A stretch of 63,079 nucleotides of DNA, counting the filler, from Corallochytrium limacisporum Hawaii (lineage: Eukaryota > Protista > Pluriformea), in NCBI GenBank assembly GCA_002811645.1. It is 3 parts of 3 records of this genome, joined end to end, with 100 filler letters (N's around TTAATTAATTAA, not from the genome) between each part and the next. Parts side by side here need not be neighbours in the genome. Positions count along the whole stretch, not along the records: positions 18,655 to 46,310 come from PDIP01000125.1; 2 more parts are not named here. One strand, written 5' to 3'. The notes beneath the pieces are model-generated. The model saw only the letters and a program-made list of their open reading frames with translations. It ran no database searches and had not been told where the DNA came from. Made by a program: the position numbers and the translations under genes. Shown here one piece after another: positions 25,095 through 36,326 of the stretch (its first letter is position 1; each line of letters begins with the position of its first letter).

Positions 25095-25273
25095 GTAAGA
25101 TGTGGTCCATTTTAGGGACATTTCTTATGTAGAGACCTATGTCTGCAGTGTGATATGGAGAGACACTTCATTGGCAATTGAGGGTATTAAGCAGAGATAC
25201 CTAAATCAAAATATCTGCATACTCTTTTCAATTTGTTGAACACTCTCCCTTGGACTGGGTAATTTTTGTACAG
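25095..25273 (+). other. Putative 5'-UTR intron of SDHD
   Basis: G|GTAAGA donor at 25095; TTTTTGTACAG acceptor ending 25273, 16 nt before the ATG. Confidence 0.5.
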
Positions 25274-25289
25274 ATCACAAGAGGGAAAG

Positions 25290-25769
25290 ATGGTTTTGGC
25301 TACTCGGATTATTAGCCGCACCGCGGCCATTTCTGCTCTGGGACGGAGCACCATGCTGCAAGCCTCCCGTACTGCTGCTGTGCCCATGATGCACAAGCAA
25401 GACATTGCCCTGACCCAGCGCCGTTTCGCACACAACCATATCAAGCATTGGCAAGCAGAGAGAATCCTTAGCGTTGCCCTCCTCGGTGCCCTTCCAGCTT
25501 CTATCATTCTTCCGGGAACCATGGCTCTGGATATGGTTGTCGCTGTTGCTCTACCTATCCACAATTATTGGGGAATGGAACAAATCATTACCGACTACGT
25601 GCACGCCCCTGGTGCAAACAGCGCCGCCAATGTTCTGCTGAAGCTTGTCACCCTCGGAACGGTTGGTGGTCTGATCTGGTTCAACATGAACGATGTTGGT
25701 TTCGGACAAGGCATTCGGGACGTATGGACTATTGGAACTGACCGCAAGACCAGTGTTGCCGCCAAGTAG
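25290..25769 (+). CDS. SDHD: Succinate dehydrogenase cytochrome b small (CybS) subunit
   Basis: HW..ER..SV.LL, H..WG..QI.TDYVH, FN.NDVG....I..VW; Arg-rich presequence; ATG at 25290. Confidence 0.95.
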   Translation: MVLATRIISRTAAISALGRSTMLQASRTAAVPMMHKQDIALTQRRFAHNHIKHWQAERILSVALLGALPASIILPGTMALDMVVAVALPIHNYWGMEQIITDYVHAPGANSAANVLLKLVTLGTVGGLIWFNMNDVGFGQGIRDVWTIGTDRKTSVAAK

Positions 25770-26102
25770 GAATCTGTGGCACTTCTGCTTTCCTGATAAC
25801 TAGGCGCAGTGAACCTCAGTGAACGGGTAGATCCTAAAGTTTGACAGTGTTTCGGGACATTCCGTTAGTAAAGAGAAACAGAAGAAACGTTACATGATTC
25901 TGTGGATCTCATAACAAGGCATAATTTTAACTAAAGAGAATACATTTTACAAACTGAATTGAAATCGAGGGAAACCCGTTTATTGCAATTTGTGGAAGAG
26001 AAATCCTATTTGTACCGACCATAATCAGAGAAGAGAGAGAGAGAGAGAGTTGTGGCTATGGTACAATAAAAGAAATGCATGGGTCTGGTTAAAGAATTGA
26101 GC

Positions 26103-27320
<1,218 letters not shown>

Positions 27321-28462
27321 TCACTCTCGCTATCCTTCAAGTACCTATTCCCAGCACATGTTTCAGGGCTTGGTCCACGCTGCGAATCCTTCTCATTTCT
27401 CCGTCTGCGCCTTTCGCCTCCCGGGGACTGCACATTAAGTTCATCTGTGCCAGCTCCACCTCACACAGTATGTGAACCCTTCCCAAGAAGTTGGGGGTGA
27501 CCACCGCCACGCAACACGCTCATTCATACCAAAGGGTCACCGTTACTAACTCCGGCCAGATTTGGTGAGCCTGCACTTGTCCTATCCATCGGTTTGACAA
27601 ATTGTGCAAGTGTGCCGTGTGATTAGGTTCCTAATGTATTTGCGCTCATGCGCGCTGTAGATTCGTGTATACATGCTATGCTTCGCCTGAAATGTACAAA
27701 ATCCCTAATCAAAAATTGGTTTTGATACAACATGATATTGCGCTGAAGACCGTGCGATGGTGCCCCCCTTGTTGTCCCTTTTCCGGTACTTGCCTCAGCG
27801 CAGCCACCAAATTCCAGCCACCAATGACAAATCATTGATCAATAAAAACTATACACTGAAAACCTAATAATCCAAGATAAATCCAAACAACGAGAGTATC
27901 TGGGACTCGTTTTGGACGCGGAGGGTTTCGACAATATACTGGCGCCCAGTGCGGACCAAGAAAACAACTTGGGATCTCTTTTCCGTACATTCACTATGCT
28001 ACATGAACCTAGACCCAAATGGCAACGATCTGTGCTCGCCCCCCTTCTTCCGGTGGGGGATCGCATCCCTGCGAGAGATGACAAAGAGAGGGTCGAGTCT
28101 GGGTATTGCTTGGTTCATTCTGTATGGGTTGTTGTTGCTTTTCACTACCTAAGAAAATCACGACTTTTTTTTTTTGGTTTCCAGCAAATGTTTGAAGGCG
28201 CCGTTTGTGGTTGAGGCCTCTCACTCCCTTCTCCCATTGAGCTCTTCCGTTTTTTTTTTTGCTGCCGGTCGCAGCCCGGCTGGTCGTGCTCATAGTACTA
28301 CGACGGCAGCGAAGTGCACTCAACGGACGCAGCAAGCAGCAGCAGGATGAGATTTTTAACAAGTGTGCAACTTTGGTGTTCACACTATTGTCTGCTCGTG
28401 TTGCTGCTTGTTGCTGTGGTTGTGGTGTCGCGTTGTTGGTGGTTGGGAGTAGACGGTGCGAG

Positions 28463-28624
28463 GTGCGAGTGTAGTTGCTTCAAGTAGACTTCCCGAAGTG
28501 TTGCTAACTCACTCTCAGTCTTTGGCCCCTGCCATGTTGACGAATTTAAGTATGTTTCTCCGGATCTGCGGCAGGTAGCTGAGGTGTAAGGCTTTGGAAG
28601 TGTGAATACCTAACAAATCTGTAG
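28463..28624 (+). other. Putative 5'-UTR introns of GDI (about 28463-28518 and 28550-28624)
   Basis: GT...CTAAC...CTCAG and GTATGT...CTAAC...GTAG signatures upstream of the ATG at 28682. Confidence 0.45.
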
Positions 28625-28681
28625 GATACACTCCATATAGATATTGGGTTTATTGTATTGGGAAGTGCTCGACATATCACC

Positions 28682-30019
28682 ATGGATGAAGAATATGATG
28701 CCATTGTTCTGGGTACAGGACTGAAGGAGTGCATCCTTTCCGGTATCTTGTCAGTTTCAGGCAAGAAGGTCCTGCATATGGACCGGAATGAGTATTATGG
28801 TGGTGAGTCTGCCTCCATCACTCCTCTGGACCGTCTGTTCGAGATCTTCAAGAAGGACAAGCCTGACCCGGCTCGCTTCGGCAGGGGACGTGACTACAAC
28901 GTGGATCTGATCCCCAAGTTTATTATGGCCCGTGGTGCTATGGTGAAGTCCCTGATTCACACGGACGTCACCCGCTATCTGGAGTTCAAAGTCGTCGACG
29001 GCATGTACACTTTCAAAGGTGGCCGTCTCTACAAAGTACCTGCAACCGAGACTGAGGCTCTGGCAACCTCCCTGATGGGTATCTTTGAGAAGCGTCGCTT
29101 CCGCAAGTTGATTATCTTTGTCGCTCAGCTCGACTTTAACAACCGTCAGACCTGGGAAGACGTGGACATTGACAAGTGGACCGCCCGTCAGCTGTTTGGC
29201 AAGTTCGGCATTGACGGCAACACCATTGATTTCACCGGTCACTCCCTTGCCCTGTACTCTGATGATTCTTATCTGAACAGGCCTTGTCGTGAAACCATTG
29301 TGCGAATGAAGCTTTACAGCGACAGTCTCGCCACCTACGGCAAGTCTCCCTTTATCTACCCATTGTATGGTCTGGGAGAATTGCCTCAGGGCTTTGCGCG
29401 TCTCAGTGCCATCTATGGTGGTACGTACATGTTGAGCAAGCCGATCGAAGAGCTGGTGTACGATGAAAGCGGAAAGATTTGCGGTGTGAAGAGCGAGGGC
29501 GAGACCGCCAAAACCAAGATGGTCTTTTGCGATCCTTCTTACGCTCCTGAGAAGACCAAGACTGTGGGCCGCATTGTGCGTTGTATTTGCATTCTGAGTC
29601 ACCCTATCCGTGACACCAATGACAGCGCCAGCTGCCAGATTATCTTCCCCCAGCACCAGGTTGGTCGTCACAATGATATTTACGTCGCTATGGTCAGCTC
29701 AGAGCACAATGTTGCCGCCAAGGGCAAGTACATCGCCATTGCCGCCACCAAGGTCGAGACCGACAACCCGAAGATGGAACTGAAGCCGGCCCTGGATCTG
29801 CTGCAACCAATCGACGAGCATTTCTTCAGCATCGCCGACATGAAAGTGCCCGTGGATGACGGCAAGAGCTCCAACGTCTTTGTCTCGGCGTCCTATGATG
29901 CTTCCAGTCACTTCGAATCCACCATGGATGACATTGCCAAGGTCTACGAGCGGGCCTTCGGTGAAAAGATGGATCTGGGCAAGATCAACGTCGAGGCTCT
30001 GTCCGAGCAGATGCAGTAA
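28682..30019 (+). CDS. GDI1: Rab GDP dissociation inhibitor, 445 aa
   Basis: [73 protein letters not shown]. Confidence 0.98.
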   Translation: MDEEYDAIVLGTGLKECILSGILSVSGKKVLHMDRNEYYGGESASITPLDRLFEIFKKDKPDPARFGRGRDYNVDLIPKFIMARGAMVKSLIHTDVTRYLEFKVVDGMYTFKGGRLYKVPATETEALATSLMGIFEKRRFRKLIIFVAQLDFNNRQTWEDVDIDKWTARQLFGKFGIDGNTIDFTGHSLALYSDDSYLNRPCRETIVRMKLYSDSLATYGKSPFIYPLYGLGELPQGFARLSAIYGGTYMLSKPIEELVYDESGKICGVKSEGETAKTKMVFCDPSYAPEKTKTVGRIVRCICILSHPIRDTNDSASCQIIFPQHQVGRHNDIYVAMVSSEHNVAAKGKYIAIAATKVETDNPKMELKPALDLLQPIDEHFFSIADMKVPVDDGKSSNVFVSASYDASSHFESTMDDIAKVYERAFGEKMDLGKINVEALSEQMQ

Positions 30020-30153
30020 ATGCAGAGATCGGTTTGGGTTAGGTCGTCAACATCTGTACAGATTCTCACCTAGATATACAGAAACTATCGTGTTTTAGGA
30101 CTCGAGTCTTTGTACTATATTTTTCGTAATTACTATTTTTTGTTACCCCAATA

Positions 30154-31167
30154 TTAATTGGGCAAGAGACTGTATGTGTACCGCTTGACCTGGCGCCAGC
30201 GCTTGTAGGTGGCATATAGGATTGCGATGCCCAATACGAACAGAAACGCCACAGTCAAGGGGTACTTGTACAAGTATAGCTGAGCCAGATGCCGGATGTA
30301 CTGAACGTAGACCTTCGCCTTCAACTTAGACTCACCCACTGTACGGTCTTGGAAGACAAAAGGCACGTCCTCTATCACTTCTGCTCCACTCTTTACCATG
30401 AGCTCGAGTAGAATTTTGAACCCAATCGGGTTAAGGTCCCGTGCCTTTCGCCACTGGTCCTTGCGAGTGCAGAAGAATCCACTCATAGGATCTGTGCTGT
30501 GCGCCAACGGCCATGCCACTAGAGTGGCACCTTTCGACACTATTCGGCGATACAGAGGCCAGTCCTTAGCCACACCGCCTCCCTCAGTGTACCGACTGCC
30601 AACCGCAAATTCGGCTCTTCCGTCAACGATCGGGCGGACAAGGTCTGGGATCCTTGCCGGCGGGTGACTGCGATCAGCGTCCATAACCAGGAGAGTGTCG
30701 TATGCTGCCTCTCGGAATCCCCGCAGAACCGCAGAACTCAATCCGCGCTCGGAGGTGCGAGTGACCAACCGAATATTATATCCTTCAGACCGGAGCTTTT
30801 CACACACTTCTGTTGTACCGTCCTGTGAATTGTCATCAATAATCAAGAGTTCTGTGGTGAGACCAGCTTCCCTCACAGACTCGAAGATCTCCTGCGTCAA
30901 TTTGGGAATGTTGCCAGCCTCCTCGTAAGTGGGAATTACTACAGTAACCTCCCACGGAAGAGGCTGCTGTTGAATTGTCTTCTTTCCTCCAACAGACGTG
31001 AAGAAGAAAATAATAAAGAGTATACCAACTACAACGCCGCCAATAAGCCGCCAGGGGACTTCCTGCTGGTTTGTCATATTGAGCAGATCCCGCTGCATGC
31101 TCTTCAACAGTTTCCTCTCTGTAGCTTCGACCCGCTTCAGTGCGCTACCACTGGTCTTCGCAGACAT
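30154..31167 (-). CDS. DPM1: Dolichol-phosphate mannosyltransferase (GT2), S. cerevisiae-type with C-terminal TM plus an extra N-terminal TM
   Basis: IP.Y.E..NI, DDNSQDG, RT.ERGLSSAVL.GF, MDAD..HPP, KDWP.YRR..S, DPMSGFF, GFKI.LEL, R..GESKL; hydrophobic segments near both termini. Confidence 0.88.
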   Translation of the reverse strand: MSAKTSGSALKRVEATERKLLKSMQRDLLNMTNQQEVPWRLIGGVVVGILFIIFFFTSVGGKKTIQQQPLPWEVTVVIPTYEEAGNIPKLTQEIFESVREAGLTTELLIIDDNSQDGTTEVCEKLRSEGYNIRLVTRTSERGLSSAVLRGFREAAYDTLLVMDADRSHPPARIPDLVRPIVDGRAEFAVGSRYTEGGGVAKDWPLYRRIVSKGATLVAWPLAHSTDPMSGFFCTRKDQWRKARDLNPIGFKILLELMVKSGAEVIEDVPFVFQDRTVGESKLKAKVYVQYIRHLAQLYLYKYPLTVAFLFVLGIAILYATYKRWRQVKRYTYSLLPN

Positions 31168-31877
31168 CTTGTTATCGCATTAAATAGACCTCTATCACTC
31201 TTTTCTTCGCGATCTTACACTAATTACCTTACCGGCCGAGTATGCTGACCTTCAGGGCACACGGACAGTGAGCACTTCCAAGAGAGAAAACTCGTCCTGC
31301 CCTTGCAATCGCTCCAGACAACATTCCCGTCCCACCACAGGGGGGGTTTTTAGTACCAGCCTCTCCCCCCCCCCTTTCTTCTTCTCTCCTCTCTCTCATT
31401 CTTTCAAACCGCAACTTTGTGTACAGTAGCGCATCTGCTCACACCTTATCACCATCACACGCTCCCCACACTATTCGTTCTCTTGTATTTTCCTGGCCAC
31501 TTACTGCGACCTGGGCCCCGTTAGGCAATTATGTCGTAGGTGTTGGGCCACCCTCTCTGGAACCGGGTGTGATTTGTTGCCCACACCGAAGTATGTGTAC
31601 CAGTGGCCATCGATTTACTATTTCCTTTGGTTTTTCGTATTTGCGGGACAAAACAAAAAAAAAAAATGTTTGTGTGTGGTGGTGGTAGGGGCAGCGAAAT
31701 CAACCTGCCCCCTCAATCTACTGTAAATGTATGAAGGACCATTTTCAATCCTGTTACTCTGATTTTCTGATTTCGATATTTATTGATCTGTTTTGGTCGT
31801 TGTCACTGGTGATGTCCCGAATAGGTGGTGCCCCCCCTTGGGCCCTGGATGCGCATCTGCAATAGTTTGATGCTGTC

Positions 31878-32384
31878 ATGGACCACTCCATAGACGCGGA
31901 ACTAGAGTATAGACATGCCGTGCTTAGTAAACAGGAAGAAACAGTGACGAGACACATCCATGACAAAGATCTAGTGCCTGCCATGGACTTCGACCGGGAA
32001 CGGATCCTATTCCGCAGTCTGCACGAAGATCTGTTGGCAGAACATGAAGCTGCCCTTGAAGCGGTCGAAGAAATCAATCCAAGCGACTACGGAAAGTACC
32101 ACCGCCGGCGGTGGCGGAGTAATTCTCCAACAAGTGGGCGCCTTCAAACCCGAACCCACCGTCGTGCTCACCCCCACAGCTGCTGAGTGACCATCCAAGG
32201 CTTGACCCCAGGTATCACGGTCAATATGCTGACAGCCCTTGGGACTAATCTTCGCGTTCTAGATGTCAGTAGGTGCACGACCTTCAACGATAGCTCCATC
32301 ACACCACTGGCCGCAGAATGTCATCATTTAGTATCACTGAATGCTACCGGCACGTTTATCACCGACGCTGCTCGGCAGTTCTGA
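31878..32384 (+). pseudogene. Interrupted gene fragment with cysteine-containing leucine-rich repeats (F-box/LRR or AMN1-like)
   Basis: Two ORFs in the same frame separated only by TGA (32184-32186); the second encodes NLRVLDVSRCTTFNDSSITPLAAECHHLVSLNATGTFITD, matching the LxxLxLxxCxxxxDxxxxxLxxxC consensus, then stops after about 2 repeats. Confidence 0.5.
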
Positions 32385-32678
32385 GCTCGGTCATCTTCCT
32401 TGTGAAGCGGTACGGAGTGATCTAGAAATAGTGATATAGGGAATGCAAAGCACAATACTCAGCTCGTGTTCCTGTTATGATAGATTAGATATGTTTATGG
32501 TACATTTTTATTCTTATAGTACATATGCTTATAGTACAGGGGGATGAGTGAGTTTATAGTACAGGGGTAACAGGATCACGCCTCCAGAGGCTGAATGATC
32601 CCTGTTCTTCAGTGGATTAATGGTACAGGGGTGGGTATTGAGCTTGGCTCACTTCCAAGTTCTCGGTGATCTTGTTCT

Positions 32679-33335
32679 TTACTTGGAGCGACGAGCCTCA
32701 GCCAATTGGCGTTCCAACTCGGCTATCCGCTTACGGAGTTTGTCATTTTCCTGCTTAACAGTCTGGAAAGTGACCATCTTACGCTTGCGACAGTTCTGGG
32801 CAGCACATTTGTTCTTGAACCGGCGACGCATGGCCTTGATGACCTTAATGTCAGGCTTCTGCAGCTTGCACTTGGCAAGAAGAGCGTTCAACTCCTTGAC
32901 CGGCATGCTGATCAGCAGTTGGGGTTCCACCCTGATGACATTGCGAATCAGCTGTTCCTCACGCGGCAGAAGGTTGTTCTCCTGCTGGCCAGAGGAGTGG
33001 GCGCTGCGAGTGGGGCTACCGCCATGGCTGTGGTGCTGTGCCTGCATCATCTGCATGTGGTGCATTTCCGGGTGGCCCATGTTTTGATGGCGCATGTGGT
33101 GCAAGAGAGTTGGGGATCCAGCAGCCTGGAAAGATCCTTCGCTCGGGTTTGTGGTTTCGCTGTAGGTCTCAAGATGATTCATCTGTGACGGCTTGAAGTC
33201 CTCGAGGAAGTGAGAGTGGTCACTGCCGTGAGGTGCGCCATGGCCGTGTGCCAGATGGCCACCGTGGGCGTTGCCGAACAGGGGCAGAGACTCGAAGTTT
33301 GCCTCAGGTAGATGGTAGGATGCGTGCAACTCCAT
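32679..33335 (-). CDS. bZIP transcription factor of the Maf/CNC (bZIP_Maf) group, 218 aa
   Basis: His/Gln-rich N-terminus; LISMPVKELN..L extended homology region; basic region RRRFKNKCAAQNCRKRK; leucine zipper to the C-terminus. Confidence 0.88.
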   Translation of the reverse strand: MELHASYHLPEANFESLPLFGNAHGGHLAHGHGAPHGSDHSHFLEDFKPSQMNHLETYSETTNPSEGSFQAAGSPTLLHHMRHQNMGHPEMHHMQMMQAQHHSHGGSPTRSAHSSGQQENNLLPREEQLIRNVIRVEPQLLISMPVKELNALLAKCKLQKPDIKVIKAMRRRFKNKCAAQNCRKRKMVTFQTVKQENDKLRKRIAELERQLAEARRSK

Positions 33336-36273
33336 TATGGAAATCTTATCTGAATTCCCACTCTTCTTTGGGATAGTAATGGTGGATTCTGGTAATAGTA
33401 AAAAGTCTAAGCTGACTTTTTCCTCTGTGCTAGGCCGAAGACTCCCTGTCTGTCGTTAAGATCTGGCAGTTGCGAGCGTGCTTGAGCTTTGTGATAGTTT
33501 GGTCGAGCTGGAGCGGAGGTTGTGTTTTTGAAATACTTGTTTGACTGATCACATCTACCATTGAATTTGGTGTGTCAACGCGTTCTCCCATATACCTGTA
33601 GCGTAATCCCAGTCCGTTTCACATCTTATTTGGCGTACCAAGTTGGGTCCCAACTGATACAGTTTGGAGATGATGTATGCCATGTATAACATCCATCCGA
33701 CACATCCCACACGACCGAAATGGAATGCGTCTATGTTCATTAGCAATACACTGTCACGTTTAGGGGTCCATTACCTTTATCTCGCTCGGTAACACTTTAA
33801 TTACAAATTGCGAGTCTGGCAAGACGCGAGACGAAGTGGACTATTAGGGTCTTACTGCCGGTACCATACCCACTCCACCCCTCCCATGTCTCTTGCTAAA
33901 TTTGCCTCTTTCCATTCTCAGTACTGAAGCACCCTCGTTCCGTGATGAAGAAATTTCTCTTCTCTCCGTCTTTGCTCTCCCCCCCCCTCCCCGACTGGTC
34001 GCCCCTCCGGCAAGCCTAAGGCTCCCCAGCTCTTGGCCCGCGACCCGAGAGGGGGTCTTCCCCCCCCCTTTTCTCCCCCCCTCTCCCCCACCACACACAC
34101 GGGCGGTGTGTACTGGGGGTCTCCACTGAGACCGTCCGGCTCCCCCCCCCTTTCTCCCCCTTTCCCCCTCCCGTCCCCTGTTCGCCTGGTTCCTGCCCTC
34201 TTCCTCTCGCCCCTTAACTTTTTCCCCCGACGCTTTTCTCTTGTGTCCGTTGGCAAAAAAAAAAAGAAGGGGGCGGTGGGGCCTTTCCCCCTTGGCTCTC
34301 CGGCCGCCTCAACCAACTCTTGCCCCCCCCCCTCCCCTTCCCCGAATGACCATGGCTGGGGTTCGAGCGGGTGGCACACAACACGAGCTGAATCTCACCG
34401 TTCTCTGGGCGGCTTGCTCGCTTGCCTCCTTGGGAGCTAGTTTTGGACATACCCTCTTACCTTCTGAGGGAGAGAGTGGCATGCTTGCTTTCTACTGCTG
34501 CTGCGACACAGCTGCTGGGACCATCTCTGCCCACTACTGCTGCCGTAGCATTTGACGCTAAACTTGCAAATGGGACACAAGTTCTAGGGTATGCTGGGGG
34601 CTCTAGCGGCGGATATGTTCTCGTTCCCACCGATGTTATCCGCGCAATTAGCAAGCAGGCGAGGTGTGTAGCCTTCAAATCATTTGTCGCTCCCATCAAC
34701 AGCCCGCACCACTGCCTTCTGGCTCCCTCTGAAGCATGGATCATGAAAGAGGATTCAATTGCTGGTACGGGTGCTTGATCCGTAGTCAGTGATTAGAAAA
34801 GTAGAAGATAAGAGGTACCACCTGTAGGTTATCGCCATGGGCGGAGACTCAAGTAGATATACACTCCGTAAATCCCTAGTCTCCGACGACAGCAAGCTTT
34901 GACCTTGATCACGACTGCCACCTAGAGTCCGGTCGGTGGGGTTCGCTCAAAGGTGATGACACCACAACTTTGCCTAACTATGGACACCGGGGGATTGAGG
35001 CCGCATACTAGAGCTGTACTTAGCCGTTAGGTGGAAACCAACAACAAGCAGCGGCAGCTAAGCACTCGATAACGGTTCATGCCCGCAAGTGAGGAATAGT
35101 GTTGGTGAAGGCAAGCTAAGAGTTGCTTCCTTACCTTTGCAGGTAGCGCCCTTACGCTCGGCATCCTCAACCCCAAAGATTGCGTCACTGTGCATATATG
35201 TGTGTATACGTAAAGCTTAACCTTTGGCTCACGAGTGGGTGTCAAACAGGTGCAAGAAAGTATCGCACTCAGCCGTCCAAGGCCAAGCAGGACGAACAGC
35301 ACTGGCACGCACCAGTCGACAAAAACCCACCAGCAAACCTCCCCCGCACACTCCCGTCTCCCGTACTTTTGGGTGCGCAGAGGGTAATCCCACTGCCCGC
35401 GCACAGGGCGGAGCGGATCCCATGCCATCTCCACCCTCTACCACCCAAATACAAAGAGGGGGAGGGGAGGGCTTAGCTGGAAGCGGGCTTGAAGAAAATT
35501 TTTTCCAGCGAAGCCCCCTTGCTTACTTTTTTGTTAGTATATTCAGTATGAAAAGCTCATCACTGACCACCCCGCACAGAGGGCCGTTCTACCGGCATCA
35601 ATTAAGCCACCATTCTTTTTTGTTCCCCCCCCCCCAGCCACGGGATGTTCGGGGGGCTGCTTAGGCGCACGGTGGGCAGGTACGCATCGTTATACGTACC
35701 CTGCGCACGTAAATAATGCCGAGAGTGCACCCACTACGACCCGGGCGGGTGGGTTGCGTGCTGTGAGCGGCACAGTGGGAGGAGGCGGGGGGGGGGACAC
35801 GGACCATGGCAATGGGCAAGAAAGACCAAAAGGTAAAACACGGGACATATCTAAATTTGTCTCTTGGATAAGTTTCTGTTGGCTGGTGTTTTGGTATTGT
35901 GCTAATTAGGTGTAAACCGCTTTAGGGTGGGTCGGCTTCGCTGCTCCTCCAAATGTAGGTGTTCCGCGTACAACCCAGCGTGCTAATAGTTTTTCCACTC
36001 CTCTTCAGTCAACGGGGACTGCGCACGGTGTACTGAGGTACGGGGATCAGCCAGACCAGCAAGGCACTCCGGGGCTGTGGTGAAGAGCCGGGGTAGAGCC
36101 ACGCCGCTTTTTTTTTCCCTTGTCGTTTCGCACCCTCCGACCTCCCCCGGTTTTCTGGCTTTTACGATATACCGGTACTCCCAGTCCTGCACACTCAGGT
36201 GTGGCTCGCGCACTTTCGGGCAATTAGACCGGCCGGGCGGCAAGCGAGGGGAGAGAAAGGACGGGAAGTAGGC

Positions 36274-36305
<32 letters not shown>

Positions 36306-36326
36306 CAGAGAGACAGAGAGAGAGAG
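36274..36326. repeat. (GA)n/(GACA) microsatellite
   Basis: Read directly. Confidence 0.9.

Noticed and set aside
28871-28884. GCTCGCTTCGGCAG, identical to part of the U6 snRNA 5' end
   Set aside because: Lies within the GDI coding sequence and the rest of U6 is absent.
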